Source: Intoshia linei (taxonomy: Eukaryota; Animalia; Orthonectida). From it: DNA of 45,401 nt. The notes below the pieces were generated by a model. That model was given only the letters and a program-made list of their open reading frames with translations, was not told the origin of the DNA and searched no databases. Shown in pieces: positions 14,500-27,200 of the stretch (its first letter is position 1; each line of letters opens with the position of its first letter). Location: contig LWCA01000164.1 of the NCBI GenBank assembly GCA_001642005.1, positions 1 to 45,401 of the forward strand. Reading direction: 5' to 3'. Made by a program: the position numbers and the translations under genes.

Positions 14500-14931
14500 T
14501 AGGGTATATGGCGTTATGAAATTTTTTGTGGTATTATTGATGTAGTACAGAGGTATTAATTATCTATTTTTTTGATTTATCTTTCAGAGATTGAATTTTT
14601 TATACTGAAACAATTGTAGTTTTTATTTATTTAAAAAGTGTGTTTTAAGTGTTAAGTGTTTAAACGAACGACGCTGTAATTTTGCAGCAACCGTCTTTAA
14701 AGTAAGTAGCCCATTTTAATTGAATTTACTCAAATATAGAATTCAATTTATATCATTGCTGGTTATGATGGACGGGGTCTCATTTCTACAGTTGAAAGAT
14801 TTTCAATCTAAACAAACTGTTGGATTAATGTTTGCAATACAATAAACCCAAAAAGCGCTTTGAACGTTTGTATCGTTTCAAGTGGTGATGTGACATCAAT
14901 GATGAATAAAGATGACAAATCAATTGTATAA
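14500..14931 (+). pseudogene. Kelch-repeat (KLHL-family) gene 3' fragment with internal stop
   Basis: ...KCLNERRCNFAATVFK | intron 14702-14739 (gtaagt..tatag) | NSIYIIAGYDGRGLISTVERFSI*TNCWINVCNTINPKSALNVCIVSSGDVTSMMNKDDKSIV*. This fits the Kelch motif (R..FA.....IY..GYDG....VER.....W). TAA sits at 14809-14811 and AATAAA at the final stop. Upstream repeats are degraded. Confidence 0.75.
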
Positions 14932-15346
14932 TAAATATAAATAAACAAAATATAATATCATGTAACATATAATCCTTACTATATATTATATGTACTACAA
15001 AAAATCTCACCTTAAGATTTAGTAAAAAAATATTCTGAAAATTTTCTTACAAGTGTTTGCCTACATAAAATGTTAAAAAACCCTCCCCTTTAAGTTTTGG
15101 TAAAAAATAAACAGAATAATCCTCTTAAAGTGTTTGGTTAAAAAAAATCTTAAAAAACCTCACCTTCAGATTTGATAAAAAATATTCACATACAGACAGT
15201 CACACAAACAAAGTCTTTTATATAAGTCAGTATGGGCAGTTTTGGGTTTTGACCATGAAGATATAAGTTTTTGAAATTGAAATTTATAATGTTCATGATT
15301 TTAAAACATGTATAATGTAGTCTTTTTTAAATGTAATAATATATTA

Positions 15347-16270
15347 CTAGGTTGACTGTTATGTACTACGTACAAACAGCACCTAGCTCTGCAGAGGGCA
15401 CATTTTTATTATACTTACAAAATAAATTAACGTTGAAAATCTAACTTAAAAATCCTACTATTCACTATTATCCATAAACAAGTGGTTCCCAAACTTGTTT
15501 CAGGTGGAACCATCATATGACATTACTCGTGGTTCCCAAATTTGTTTCAGGTGGAACCGTCATATCACATTACTTTTTACTTTAAAGCGAATTATTCCAT
15601 CTTAATTTTTTTTGTTAACATTTGCGTAAAGAATTTTAAAAACGATTGTTATCTCATTTTTTTAATTTATTAGACAGAATGTGTGTATAATGTTAAAAAT
15701 AAAGTAAAAAGAGTTCAATCCTAAAAATTTTCATAAATAGTATTAATTCCAGAAAAAATAAATTTATAAAAACCAATTGTTTATCAATAATTAACTAAAT
15801 CTTCAATTTATAAACATTTCAGTCGAATTTTACCATTATTGCAAAGGATTGTAATATAAAAATGATATTAACAAAGTTTTTTTAGTTTCGTTGTTTAGTT
15901 TCTTATTTACATTTGAATATTTTAATAAAAATGTTTTGGAAAGGAAAATTTGAAATTTAAAAATTGCGTATCAATGAAAAAAATTCCGAACAAAAGAATT
16001 ATATAGATTTTCACCCATATTTCTTTATTGGAAATGTGTAGACGTTCAATTCATATCTTTTTTGAAATCGTAGGATCAATATTTACGTTTTCAATTTTTA
16101 TTTTAATCGAAATATTTGAAAAATATTGGTTGATAATATATATAAAATTATTTTTTACCAGGAATTTCTGGGGTTGCAATTTTGTATATATGTCAAATGG
16201 AATAAGCTTTATCAGAATAATTTTTTTAAATTTTCGGACCTTTAATTATTTAAGATTTTTTGTTTTAATA
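15347..16270 (-). mobile_element. Helitron-like repeat copy
   Basis: A|CTAGGTTGACTGTTATGTACTACGTACAAACAGCACCTAGCTCTGCAGAGGGCAC terminus, with an internal ~50-bp tandem duplication at 15482-15575. This element explains ORF 16028-16297. Confidence 0.75.
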
Positions 16271-16391
16271 TATTTTATATTATGTAACCTATTGTAACAC
16301 AGTATGTAATTATCATATTATCATAAATAGAATATTACATTCACAGTAAAAAATTTCCACATTAAGTGTTATATTTAGTTACATTTTATAG

Positions 16392-17247
16392 CAGTGATGG
16401 CAGCCAACGGAAACTAGGTGTGTTAAATTTAATGTTATTTTCAGAATTTTTTTTCTTGTGTGTTTTTATTAAAAAAATATAAGGTCAATCAAAACCGTCA
16501 ATTAAGTCGAACGACTTGATGGAAAATGAGTTAAAAAAATAATTTTTACATTTATTTAGATTTAAAAAATTGATTCTATCCTGAATTTTTTCAATTTAGG
16601 GAAATATTTTTAATCTTCATTTTCTATATCCCGATAGAATATTGATAATTTACAATCAAATGCCTTAATAATACTAAACATTACAACAAGCCTTCCCGTA
16701 GCTTTGAAATGTAAGGTTAAGTTCATTTAAATGCAAGGAAAGATTAGTAAAAAACATAAGACTAACAATCCAATCATTATTATCTAATTGAGACTTTCAA
16801 TTTGAGAGTTATCTTTATATCTTAACAATGTTTTAATTTTTGATAAGCATTCCACAAAGCGCTCAAGAACTTTACTTCTACTGAGCATTTGATATTACTG
16901 TACATAAGCAGTCCATTACAACTTGATTCTACTTCCTTTAACATCAAAGTGAATTCTTTGTTGTGTAAGGGGCGTGGTTGGATGTAATTAATAATTTTTG
17001 TTACAGTGATAAAAACCATATTTAAGTAACTCAGAGCTGTTTTAGAGCAGAGTACTTCTTGGTGTATAATGCAATGAAATCCAACCAGAGGATGACCCAC
17101 GAAATTTTAAAAATTAGATGTATTAAAATATCGTTAATTATTTTAGTAATATTTTTTATTTGAAGTCGACTTATATATTTTTTCAAATGTGCAAAAAAAT
17201 GTCAAGTGTGTATTTTTTACACGCAAACACGTGCTTTGCCATCACTG
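16392..17247 (-). mobile_element. Internally deleted hAT transposon (SPIN/Charlie/GTF2IRD2-like transposase remnant)
   Basis: 11-bp TIR CAGTGATGGCA / TGCCATCACTG with an exact 8-bp TSD TTTTATAG. Internal ORF 17100-16822 carries FHCIIHQEVLCSK...VTKIINYI...LHNKEF..ML, the CxxH region of Buster/SPIN-type hAT transposases. Confidence 0.92.
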
Positions 17248-18281
17248 TTTTATAGGATGTTATTTATAAAATCTTTCTAAAAAATACGCACTTAAACTTA
17301 TCCCAAACTCTTAAAAACACTAAAATATAAATTAAAAAATTAATCAACTAACATGAGTATTATTAGAATTAACTCGTTTTAACTTTTAGCCCTTAACATG
17401 AAATTAAATTTAAATTAAAATCACAAAGATGCATTCACTTATTTGAATCAAATTATTTGATACGAGATTCAGTTTGTAATCTAAATCTTGAGGCCATGAA
17501 TCTCACCTCTACCTATCGTACATTAAATATTCATATATCTAAGCTGAATGCAACTGATTTAATTAATTTATATTCTTTCGACAAATATAACAATAATTAC
17601 AATTAATAAATTTAAAAAAAAAGGCTGATAACCATAAAAAAAATTTTTTACATATTTATTATAATTTCACCTTTAAAGTTAAAAACCACTAGTCATCCAG
17701 TCAAATAACACCAAAATAATACTTTGCAAAACTAAAACAGGACTATTTTTAGTGATTTTACTAATGATACCTACAAGTTGTATTTACAAGTTACAAGAGT
17801 TTTACCCTACAACTTTAGACATCAATAAAATTTTAAAAGCAAAATTTAGACGAGTTCATTCAAATATCAATAGGTCATATAGTTTTGAATTTGTATAAAC
17901 TTTAAACTTTTACAAATAACAAGTACACTACAGAGGCCTAAAAAAATGCACCAACATACAAAATATCAATAGAAAATAAATTGATAATTTCAAACAAAAA
18001 CACAATGGCGTTATAAATATCTGCATTACTTATGTACGATAACTTTAACAGTATAGACGAGTATATAAATTATTGATTTTATTAATGTTAGACGGTTATG
18101 ATTTCTAGCAAGAAAATTTGTTAATTTTGCAAATAAAAATAAAAATAAATATTGTAAAAATATCATCAATTATATACTGTAACTCGGAAATACCAATAAA
18201 GTTTTAAATTTCAATTTTATCAAAGTAGGCTAATGATTGCCAAATTTCTTTACTTTATTTTTAGAATTTAATCAATTGAAA

Positions 18282-21200
18282 ATGGCAAATGACCCTAGTA
18301 TTTCAAATGTTTGTAAAGTAAACATTGTTTTTTTTAATTTAGACATGATAAACAAATCTTGTGATTCTAGTAACATTGGTCAAGTAAATGTTAACGTTTC
18401 AACCTCCAGTTCACACATTTCTCCAGAAATTAAACCTAGATGTATATTTTTGAATATAGTTTTTAAATTTACAGTATTGTAAGTAGATATTTTACATTAT
18501 ACATTACAAACATGTTAAAATTAAATGCCATCCCCTCTTATCGTATAATTATACGATATGCGATTCCGTACTTTTTAGGTTCTCTGTCCATGAGTAGAGT
18601 TGACGGCTGCTTTATTTTAATTGTTATTTTTAATTATACTTTAAATATAATTAATTTTAGTTGAAAGGAAAATTCATAAATTACGCAGGAGTTTTAAAAT
18701 TGAAGACACTAATTCCACTAATCGATCTAAATTGATTGCTGGAATTATTAGCAAAGATTATGTTAATCCTAATAATTTGTGTCAGTTGTATACTAACGCT
18801 CCTAAACCTAATCAAAAACCAAATTTTTATGATGCAGAAAAAGTTCACAGGGAACATACTCCCTCACCAACAGGTTTTAATTTTCAAATATTAAATAAAT
18901 GAATTGGTACAAATTTTAAATATTTACTTATTATATCCTAATTAATATTTTAATGAATTAATATCTTAGTGATTGGTAAATTCTTGCTTTTAGAGTACAT
19001 AGAAAACAAGAATAACAATACTGGTAATTTACCCAAAGATGAATACGCCAACATTTTTATTTATGAAAATTTTAACGAAATGAGTGAAGATGAATTTCAA
19101 ACATTATCTGCCATTCAAAAATCCCCACCTAGTATATGAATTTTATATGCGTTAATTTATATTTTTCTTCAATTATAGGTAAAAAATTGTCAATTTCACC
19201 TCATATTTCTAAGATTATTAAAATTTTAAAGGTATATTTTTAGTTTGTCATTTTTTTGCTTTTGATAATCATAATTATAGAATCCTCATATATATAAAGA
19301 AGAACCTTTTAATCAGTCCGATGCAATTGAAAGTACGTTTTTTAGTTTATTTTGTTGTATATTTTAATTTAGAATCTACCAATCCTGAAAATATTTATAG
19401 TCCTGTAGGAAAAACAACTTCAATTATTGTGTCATCCGATATTGTAATTTTTATTTTTTAAATTATTGTTTTTCTTAATTTATTCTTTAAATTTTGGGAC
19501 TTTTTAAGAAAAATGTTAATTGGGGTTTTTAACCTTTTAAGGACTCACTTTCTGAAAATGAAATTTTTAATTTTTGGAACAATTTCATAGATTTGGATTA
19601 TTTATCTGTTGATTTGATAGGCTCTTCATTGATTCAACAACTTGATTATTGTTTAAATGTATATGAGTTTATTAACATTGACTGCAAGTCAATATTTATA
19701 TTTTTTAATGAATAATTAAAATGAATAACGCAGAATTTAGGCCTAAAATTTAAATTTAAATTAACATGTTTTTATAAAAAATGTCAGGTTGCTAAAATTA
19801 ATCTCAAAATGGCGGAATCAGTTTTCAGATGAATGGTTACATACAGACACATTTTTAACAATTTTTATATTATATAAGTACTGTAAAGATATTGATAATG
19901 TGTTTTTAAACTTTTTTTCGTATTTCCATATTTTTTCGTCGTTGTACTTTTATGTAGACTAGCTTGACTGTTATGTACTACGTACCAACAGCATCTAGCT
20001 CTACAGATTTATTATAGATACAGATTTTTAGAGGGCACATTTTTATTATACCAAAAAAATAAATTCATGTTGAAAATCTAACTTAAATCCACTATTCACT
20101 ATTATCCATAAACAAGTGGTTCCCAAACTTGTTTCAGGTGGAACCATCATATGACATTACTATTGAAAATCTAACTTAAAAATCCTACTATTCACTATTA
20201 TCAATTCTTTAAAGGAAGTTCCCAAATTTATTTCAGGTGAAACTATCATATGACAATACTTTTAGTTTAAAGTGAATTATTTCATCTTAATTTTTAAATT
20301 TTTTAAAAATGAAAAATTTCGAATAAAAAAAAAGGATCATTATTTACATTTTCAATTTTAATTTTAATTGAAATATTTGAAAAATAATGTTGATAATATA
20401 TTAAAAATTATTTTTCACATGAAATGCGTACATTTATGGCGTTAAAATTTTGTATTTATATCAACTGGAATAAGCTGTATCAGAAAAATCATTTTTTTAA
20501 TTGTAAGACCGTTAATTATTTCAAATTTTATTTTTTTACATGTGAAAATAAAAAAAATAATAAATAATATTTTTTTTGTTAATAAAATAATTTTAAAAAG
20601 AAATGAATATTAAACTGCTTTTTTGATCATGAAGACGTCACTTTGTCAGATTGAAATTTTTTATGTGTGTTAACAGGATACAACTGTACCACCTGTATTT
20701 TTTTAAATTTTAGGGCTGTTTTAATTAAAAAAAGTTAATTTGTGGTTTTGCCCCCTAACATGAACTTTTTTGAGGTTTCCATTTACGACAATGTTAATGA
20801 TTTTAAAACGCGTCCAAGAATGTATGTTTATTAAATTTTTGGGTGTGTTTATTTTTTAAACAAAGTGGAAAATTCTGTTTTTGATTCTGAATGACTCAAT
20901 TTCTGAAACTGAAAAATAGATATAAATACACTCTATGAAAAACTATATTAGAAATTAAATTTTTGAATTCTATGACTGTCAATTGTTTAAATAAACAATA
21001 ACACCCAGATATTTAATTTTAATATAATATTAATGAATCCATGTATGTTTATCTATTTTTTTATGTATATTTAGATAACTTCTGGTATCCCTAAAACATT
21101 CTGGAATTCTTTAAAGAGACACAGTTCGACAGAGTATAAAACTATTGCTTATATAGAAATTGATAAAAGTGGTGCACCTGTTAGGTTTATTACTTATGGT

Positions 21201-24200
21201 ATTTTTTTATTGTTAGTTAAATTTCAAATTACATACATGTATTTGAAAAAGACGTAGATTTTAGTTTTACTTTTATTAGTAAATTTGAGAATATTCCTAT
21301 ATGGTCACATGGATTGAACATAGCCGCAGATTTTGCATTCGTCTGTTAGATGCTGATATGTTGACTTTAGTGATTATTTTACTTGTAATTCATATTAAAT
21401 ACACTACCCGACATAAGTTTTAGTCACCCAAATTGTAAGTAATCTAAACATTCCTGTTTTATTAGTTTAGACATTTTCTTATATCATATCTAGTGTATAA
21501 TCAAGAAAAAATGTTAAACAACCCTAAAAAAATAAAAACTAGAGAAAAAATTTAATAATTAATGAAATATAGGTATTTTTAATTAAAAATACAGAATTGA
21601 GAGCGACATAACTCCTATAAAGGGCATATTTATTAGGCACCTATAAAATAATACAATTAGTTGAATATAGGTAAAAACGGCACAACTTAAATAATTATAA
21701 TTACATAGCAATGAAAATACAATTGTATTAATATGATCACAAGTAGAACTTGAAATAAAAAGACTTTTGTTGTAATTAATTTTTTTTTGTAGTTAACATT
21801 TTCAAATTTCGGCTTGTAATAATTAAAATTAATTTCACTGCGTTAATAACAGCGGCTATTGTAAAATAGAGACTAATAATTATAATAACCAATAATTAAC
21901 ACTTTTTAACAGCGTTACTCTATTTTTCACTACAAAACATCATATATTGTATATTTTTAATTAGAATTGATAATTGAATAGGATAAAAAAATATTCTCGG
22001 GTGTGAACACCATAAAATATTTTTAATTTTTTTGTAATATGCTTTGTAGGTAAAAAATTAATCTTAATATTTCAGTTTTAATTTAGGTCTGTAGTGGATG
22101 AATTCTATAAAATCTAATAATAATAATAAGAATGAATCTAATATAGGTAAAATGTTAAGTGAAATTAGTTTAATTATTACAAGCCGAAAATTGTAAATGT
22201 TAACTACGAAAATAAATTAATTACAACAATAATCTTTTTATCTCAAGTTCTACTTGTGATCATATTAATACAATTGTATGTTCATTGCTATGTAATTATA
22301 ATTATTTAAGTTGTGCCGTTTTTGTAAAGTACCCAATTAGTTATGTTTATTAAATGAAAAAATTCTTTTTATTTGATTTGCATCTTTTTATAGGTAGTTT
22401 ATGACATCAGTAGGGTTATATATTGGTGAGGTCATTCTTTAATTAGTTTGATATTAAATTTAAAATTCAAGTTTAGCCTTTAAAATTTTATTATAAAATT
22501 TATAGTGGTTGTTAATGAGAATGTGTAGGTTGTCTAAGATTTATTTCACGCACTGTAGCTATGCCATGTTTTTCAGAAAGCAAAACCTCTATACTACATG
22601 TTTCGTTATCTAATTTTATTTTTGAACGTCAGGATTGGTTGATACGTCTGTACTAGTGTGTTTAACTTAGTTTTTTTAAAAACTCAGTAAGTACTTTTTT
22701 TCAAATTTTAGTAAAAGTACTTTAAAAAATTTGATGAATTTTTAGTTTTCGTTCACAAAATGTAAAAAATTCAAAACATAAAATTAATATTTCTGATTTT
22801 CGATGAATTAAGATATATTATAGTATTTACAATAAATAAATAACTGATATTTGGAGTTAGATAATATCCGAATTGTACAAGAAACTATATTTGTAGTATC
22901 ATTAAAAGTAGATAATTAAATTTTTTATTAACAAAAAATAGGTTATAAATTACTTTTTGTAGACATGAAGTTTCTATTGTATTTTAAAATTCAGTTTCAA
23001 TTAATCCTAGTTTTACAAATAGACGTGAATAACCCCACTGTAGAAAATAATCGTTTAACTAATGCGTTAGTTTCAGGTATTGATAATTTAATTATTTATT
23101 TAATGCAATTTTCCAATGCATTCAATGAAAAATCAATCTGATTGGTAAAATTAATAATTTTTAAAAATAAGTTTACTCTTAAGTACTTTTAAGAAAATCC
23201 AATAACTCAGTAAAAGTAAAACTAAAGTAATTATTAAATAACTCAGTACATTTTACAAAAGTTGAACACACTAGTCTGTACTTTATATCTGATCAGGGGC
23301 GGATTCAAGGGGGTGCAGTTGCACCCCTAAATTTTTAAATAATTTTTGTAATGTTGTAATGATAATGTTGGTTAATAAATTTACAATACTTCATCCAAGA
23401 AGACTGGACCTAATTGATTTAAGATTATTTAATGAACAAAATTAATTTCTCTTTTTTTTGTGCTGATCATTTTGTTTATTTTTGCGAAAAAATACAAGTT
23501 TGGAAACTATTGTATAACAACTTTTAAATGAAATTAAAAAACACGTTTTGATATTAAAAGAGACACCCCTAAAAAAAATTTCATCTTCGGCTAAGTTAAA
23601 TATAATGCTCGCTTCGCTCGCACCCCATTAACTAGTCTCTTGGATCCACCCCTGTTGATAAGGGTTATAACTTATAACGTTCGGCTACTTCGATTTATTA
23701 TTTTGAATAAATAAACCAGTATTTTCTGTGATGGTGTCTATTTAGTGTTATTAACCTGGGGTTCCAGAAAATTTTAGAATAAAAATCATTTTACAGATAT
23801 ATTTTTTAAACCTGAATGATGTTTTTAAAATTTTGATTTATTCTATTTATTAATTTAATATTTTAATATATATCCACTTTTTTTATTAGAAAAACCCATT
23901 TTGAACGTGGATGCCTTTTTTGATTTTAAGAATTTATAAAAAAATGAAATCGGTTAATATTAAACGATACTAAAATAAATGATACTGATAAATCGTAGAA
24001 ACCACAGTGTTTTCTATGTTCAAAGGTTTTTTTTAATTCAAATTTAAAGCCATTTCAGGCTGAAATTCAGCTAGCAATTTTTCATGCTTCACAACTATGT
24101 TCTGATAAATTAACACTTTAATTAAAATTAATATAAGTATAATTATATAATTATAATTAACACAAATAATTATACATTTTTATAATTAACTCATCTTTTT

Positions 24201-27200
24201 TAAGATCTAACCGCTTTATTTTTATGCACTTTCGATAGAGTTTAATTTTCTGAACTGTACGTTGTACTGTTATTACTTCTATAGCCAACATTGGCGTAAT
24301 TATGATGCATTCCTTTTGAGAACGTATTTTAAAATATAGTATATATTTTAAATTTTTTGATGTCATAATATCTTAATAGAGCCTTAATATTAAATTTTCT
24401 ATAATAATTTTCAATATCCTGAAAATAAACGAATCAAACTAACAAACAACGTAAAAAGAAATATGGTAGCGTATAATTTAAATGTTTAGTTTTTAATTTA
24501 TGACAGAGAATGGCTCATATACATTTTTGAATAAAAATAATTAATATTTATCAAAATTTTTAGAAAAGTTATTTATTCACATTAAACAAGTCATTTACTT
24601 TTTAACTCGAACTAAAAAGGATAAACAAGCCATATTATGCAATGGAATGACGGTAATTTTTATTTAAAAAACCCCCCGGTGGTGTGCCGAGTACAAAATT
24701 AAATTTTTTAAATATTATGGAGTAATGACAATGCCAATAAGTTGGGCCACTGATTTAATCGATATTGTATCATGTAATTTACATGCACTAATACCTAATG
24801 AACAAAGAACAGTTAAAATTTTTTATATAAACTAGTATATTTAGGTACCCTTGATATTTGATGAAAATTCTTGTTACCAATATATTGTTGCCTTTTATGC
24901 TTGTTTATCAATTGGTGCTATACCTGTAACATGCGATGTCTATTCTGAAAATGTAATTATTTATTATCTAAAATTATATTTAATTTTAGTCTTCAGATAA
25001 AATTAACCTATGCGAAGTGAATCACAGTAATGTAATACTGACATCAAAACCATTTTACGAAAAATTAAAAATGCGAAAAGATTATTATTCTTCCCTAATA
25101 AAATCAAACTTACTCAAAGAAAATGTTTGGATTTTAATTGATAATCAAATGGAAGGAACGTATCCCAAGAATTTTTCTTGTGAGCCGATATTTACAGACG
25201 AGAAAATTGCATACATTGAATATTACTACAATGACTATGAACCTTTATGTGTTGTAAACACATTTGAAAATGTTAGAAAACACGTTGAAGCTGTATCAGT
25301 AGCTTGCGAATACCGAGAAGCTGAAATAGTTGTTTCTACGTTAGACTTTACGAAAACTTTTGGGTTATGGCACAGTGTACTTTGTGGTATATGGAATGGG
25401 TGCCAAATTATCCAGTTGACATTTAAAATGCTAAAAAAAAATCCTAGTTTATGGTTAAAGTGTATATCTACTCATAAATGTGCCGTCTTCCTGACCACTG
25501 TTAGTATAATCAATCAGTTGATGGTCCATGAAATATCTTTACAGTGTACCACTTCTCAAAATAATAAATTGAAATCCATAAATTTGTCATCATTACGGAA
25601 GGTAATTATCGTTGATTGTGATGGTCCCTGGGTTATTGTAGATATTGAGAAATTTGAAAAAACATTTGAAAAATATTCTCTGGCTAAAAACATAACATGT
25701 CAAACGTCTGGGTCCACATCATGTAATACTATATCAATTCGACGAAGTTTTCAGAGTTCAGAATCAATTAAGATTAATATTAGGCATTTGGCTTATAATA
25801 TAATTAGTGAAAATTGTGACAACGATGAATATAGTCTCAAGATTAACGACTGCGGTGAAATTTTGCCAAATTCTCAGTGCTGTGTGATTCGTAGAAATGA
25901 AATCCAATCTAAAAAACTGGAATACTGTTTTTCTGATGAAGTCGGCGAAATTTGTGTCAATTCTGATTTTATGCCATCTGTCATAACTCAAAATTGGCCA
26001 ATTAGTTCCATTGATAATGCTGTAACCACAAACACTAAATTATCCCGACGAGTATCGGAAATGGGTATATTTAAATCAAAGAGCGTTAAAAATTCAAGTA
26101 CGAATCCTACTCTATTTAGACAGAGTAGTTTGTTGGGATTCTTTTCCAAAAAGAGTATGGTTTATATTGTTGGAAAAATTGACGAAACTCTTTTTATAGA
26201 CAACAAATTTATTAATTTTAGAGACATTATAAATTCAATTTTGAATGTAGATTCAAATTCTGTGGTTTATAAAAATAGAGTAGTGGTTTTTTCACTTCAA
26301 ATTTTACATGAAAAACATCCAATTATAATTGCTGAAAAATGTGACACGGTTAACTTTGAAATGGCTTATCGATGGTTGCATAAGGTTATTTCTGTAATTT
26401 CAAGATTACACAAAATTTCTATATTTTGTGCTGGTTTTGTGGAGAAAAGTATTATGCCAAAGCCTTTTAACAATAAACGGTGTATAGCCATCTTGAAAGA
26501 TATGATTGAAAATTCTGAATTGTCCATTCTTGCACAAGTTATTAATCCTATTCGAATCAATTCAAAATTACCTCTTCCATATCCTAAACAAAAAGACTGT
26601 ATTGGGCCAATCGGGAAGCATGTAGGGCAAATTATTAGAAATGATAAACTGGCTTATATTGCTGGTCGTACTCTTAATGCGGAATTGCCGTCTGACGATA
26701 TTATTTCACTTTTACGAAATAATGCCGTTTCGCATCCTGATTATATTATTATGACAATTGTCAAAAGCAAGGAAAATTTAGCAATTTCTTGTCTTACTCT
26801 ATGGAAGAGGTGTGAGAAATTGGCTGCTGGTGTGCACGATAAATTGGGACATTTAAAATCTTCTTCAAAAGTCGCCATTATTTTATATTCTCATTTGGAT
26901 GTTGTGGTTCATTTTTATGCTTGTATTATGAATGGGTTTGTTCCAGTTTTAATTTGTCCTCCAAAGGTTTACAGTATTCATTCTCTACATACTATTTATA
27001 ATATTGTGTCTGTTACTAAGTGTCAAGCTATTCTAACTAATTATCAAATTTCTTCGTTTCTCAAATCCAAAAATTATCCTAATAATACCAAATCATTACC
27101 AAAAATTTACAAAATTAGGAGTTTGAATCATAAATTTGTTATCCGTGATTATTCCAAATGTTCGGAAAATGTTGTGTTTATTCAAGCTTATGTTACTCCA

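Noticed and set aside
14809-14811. In-frame TAA in the Kelch exon as evidence of stop-codon reassignment
   Set aside because: DIP2 and the ZC3H gene end at TAA, and their >700-codon exons contain no in-frame stops, so the standard code applies.
14825-15010. Minus-strand 61-aa ORF
   Set aside because: It is antisense to the Kelch exon and has no independent support.
18330-18530. Minus-strand reading with in-frame TGA codons (possible selenoprotein)
   Set aside because: No recognisable selenoprotein motif or consistent frame. The + strand is better explained as DIP2 5' exons.
19591-19700. Exon-like open stretch in a DIP2 intron
   Set aside because: Its open frame needs phase-1 entry, but the flanking DIP2 exons join cleanly in phase 0.
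25764-26560. Antisense ORFs within DIP2 (also 39027-39946 within the ZC3H gene)
   Set aside because: These are shadow ORFs of long sense exons and carry no motifs.
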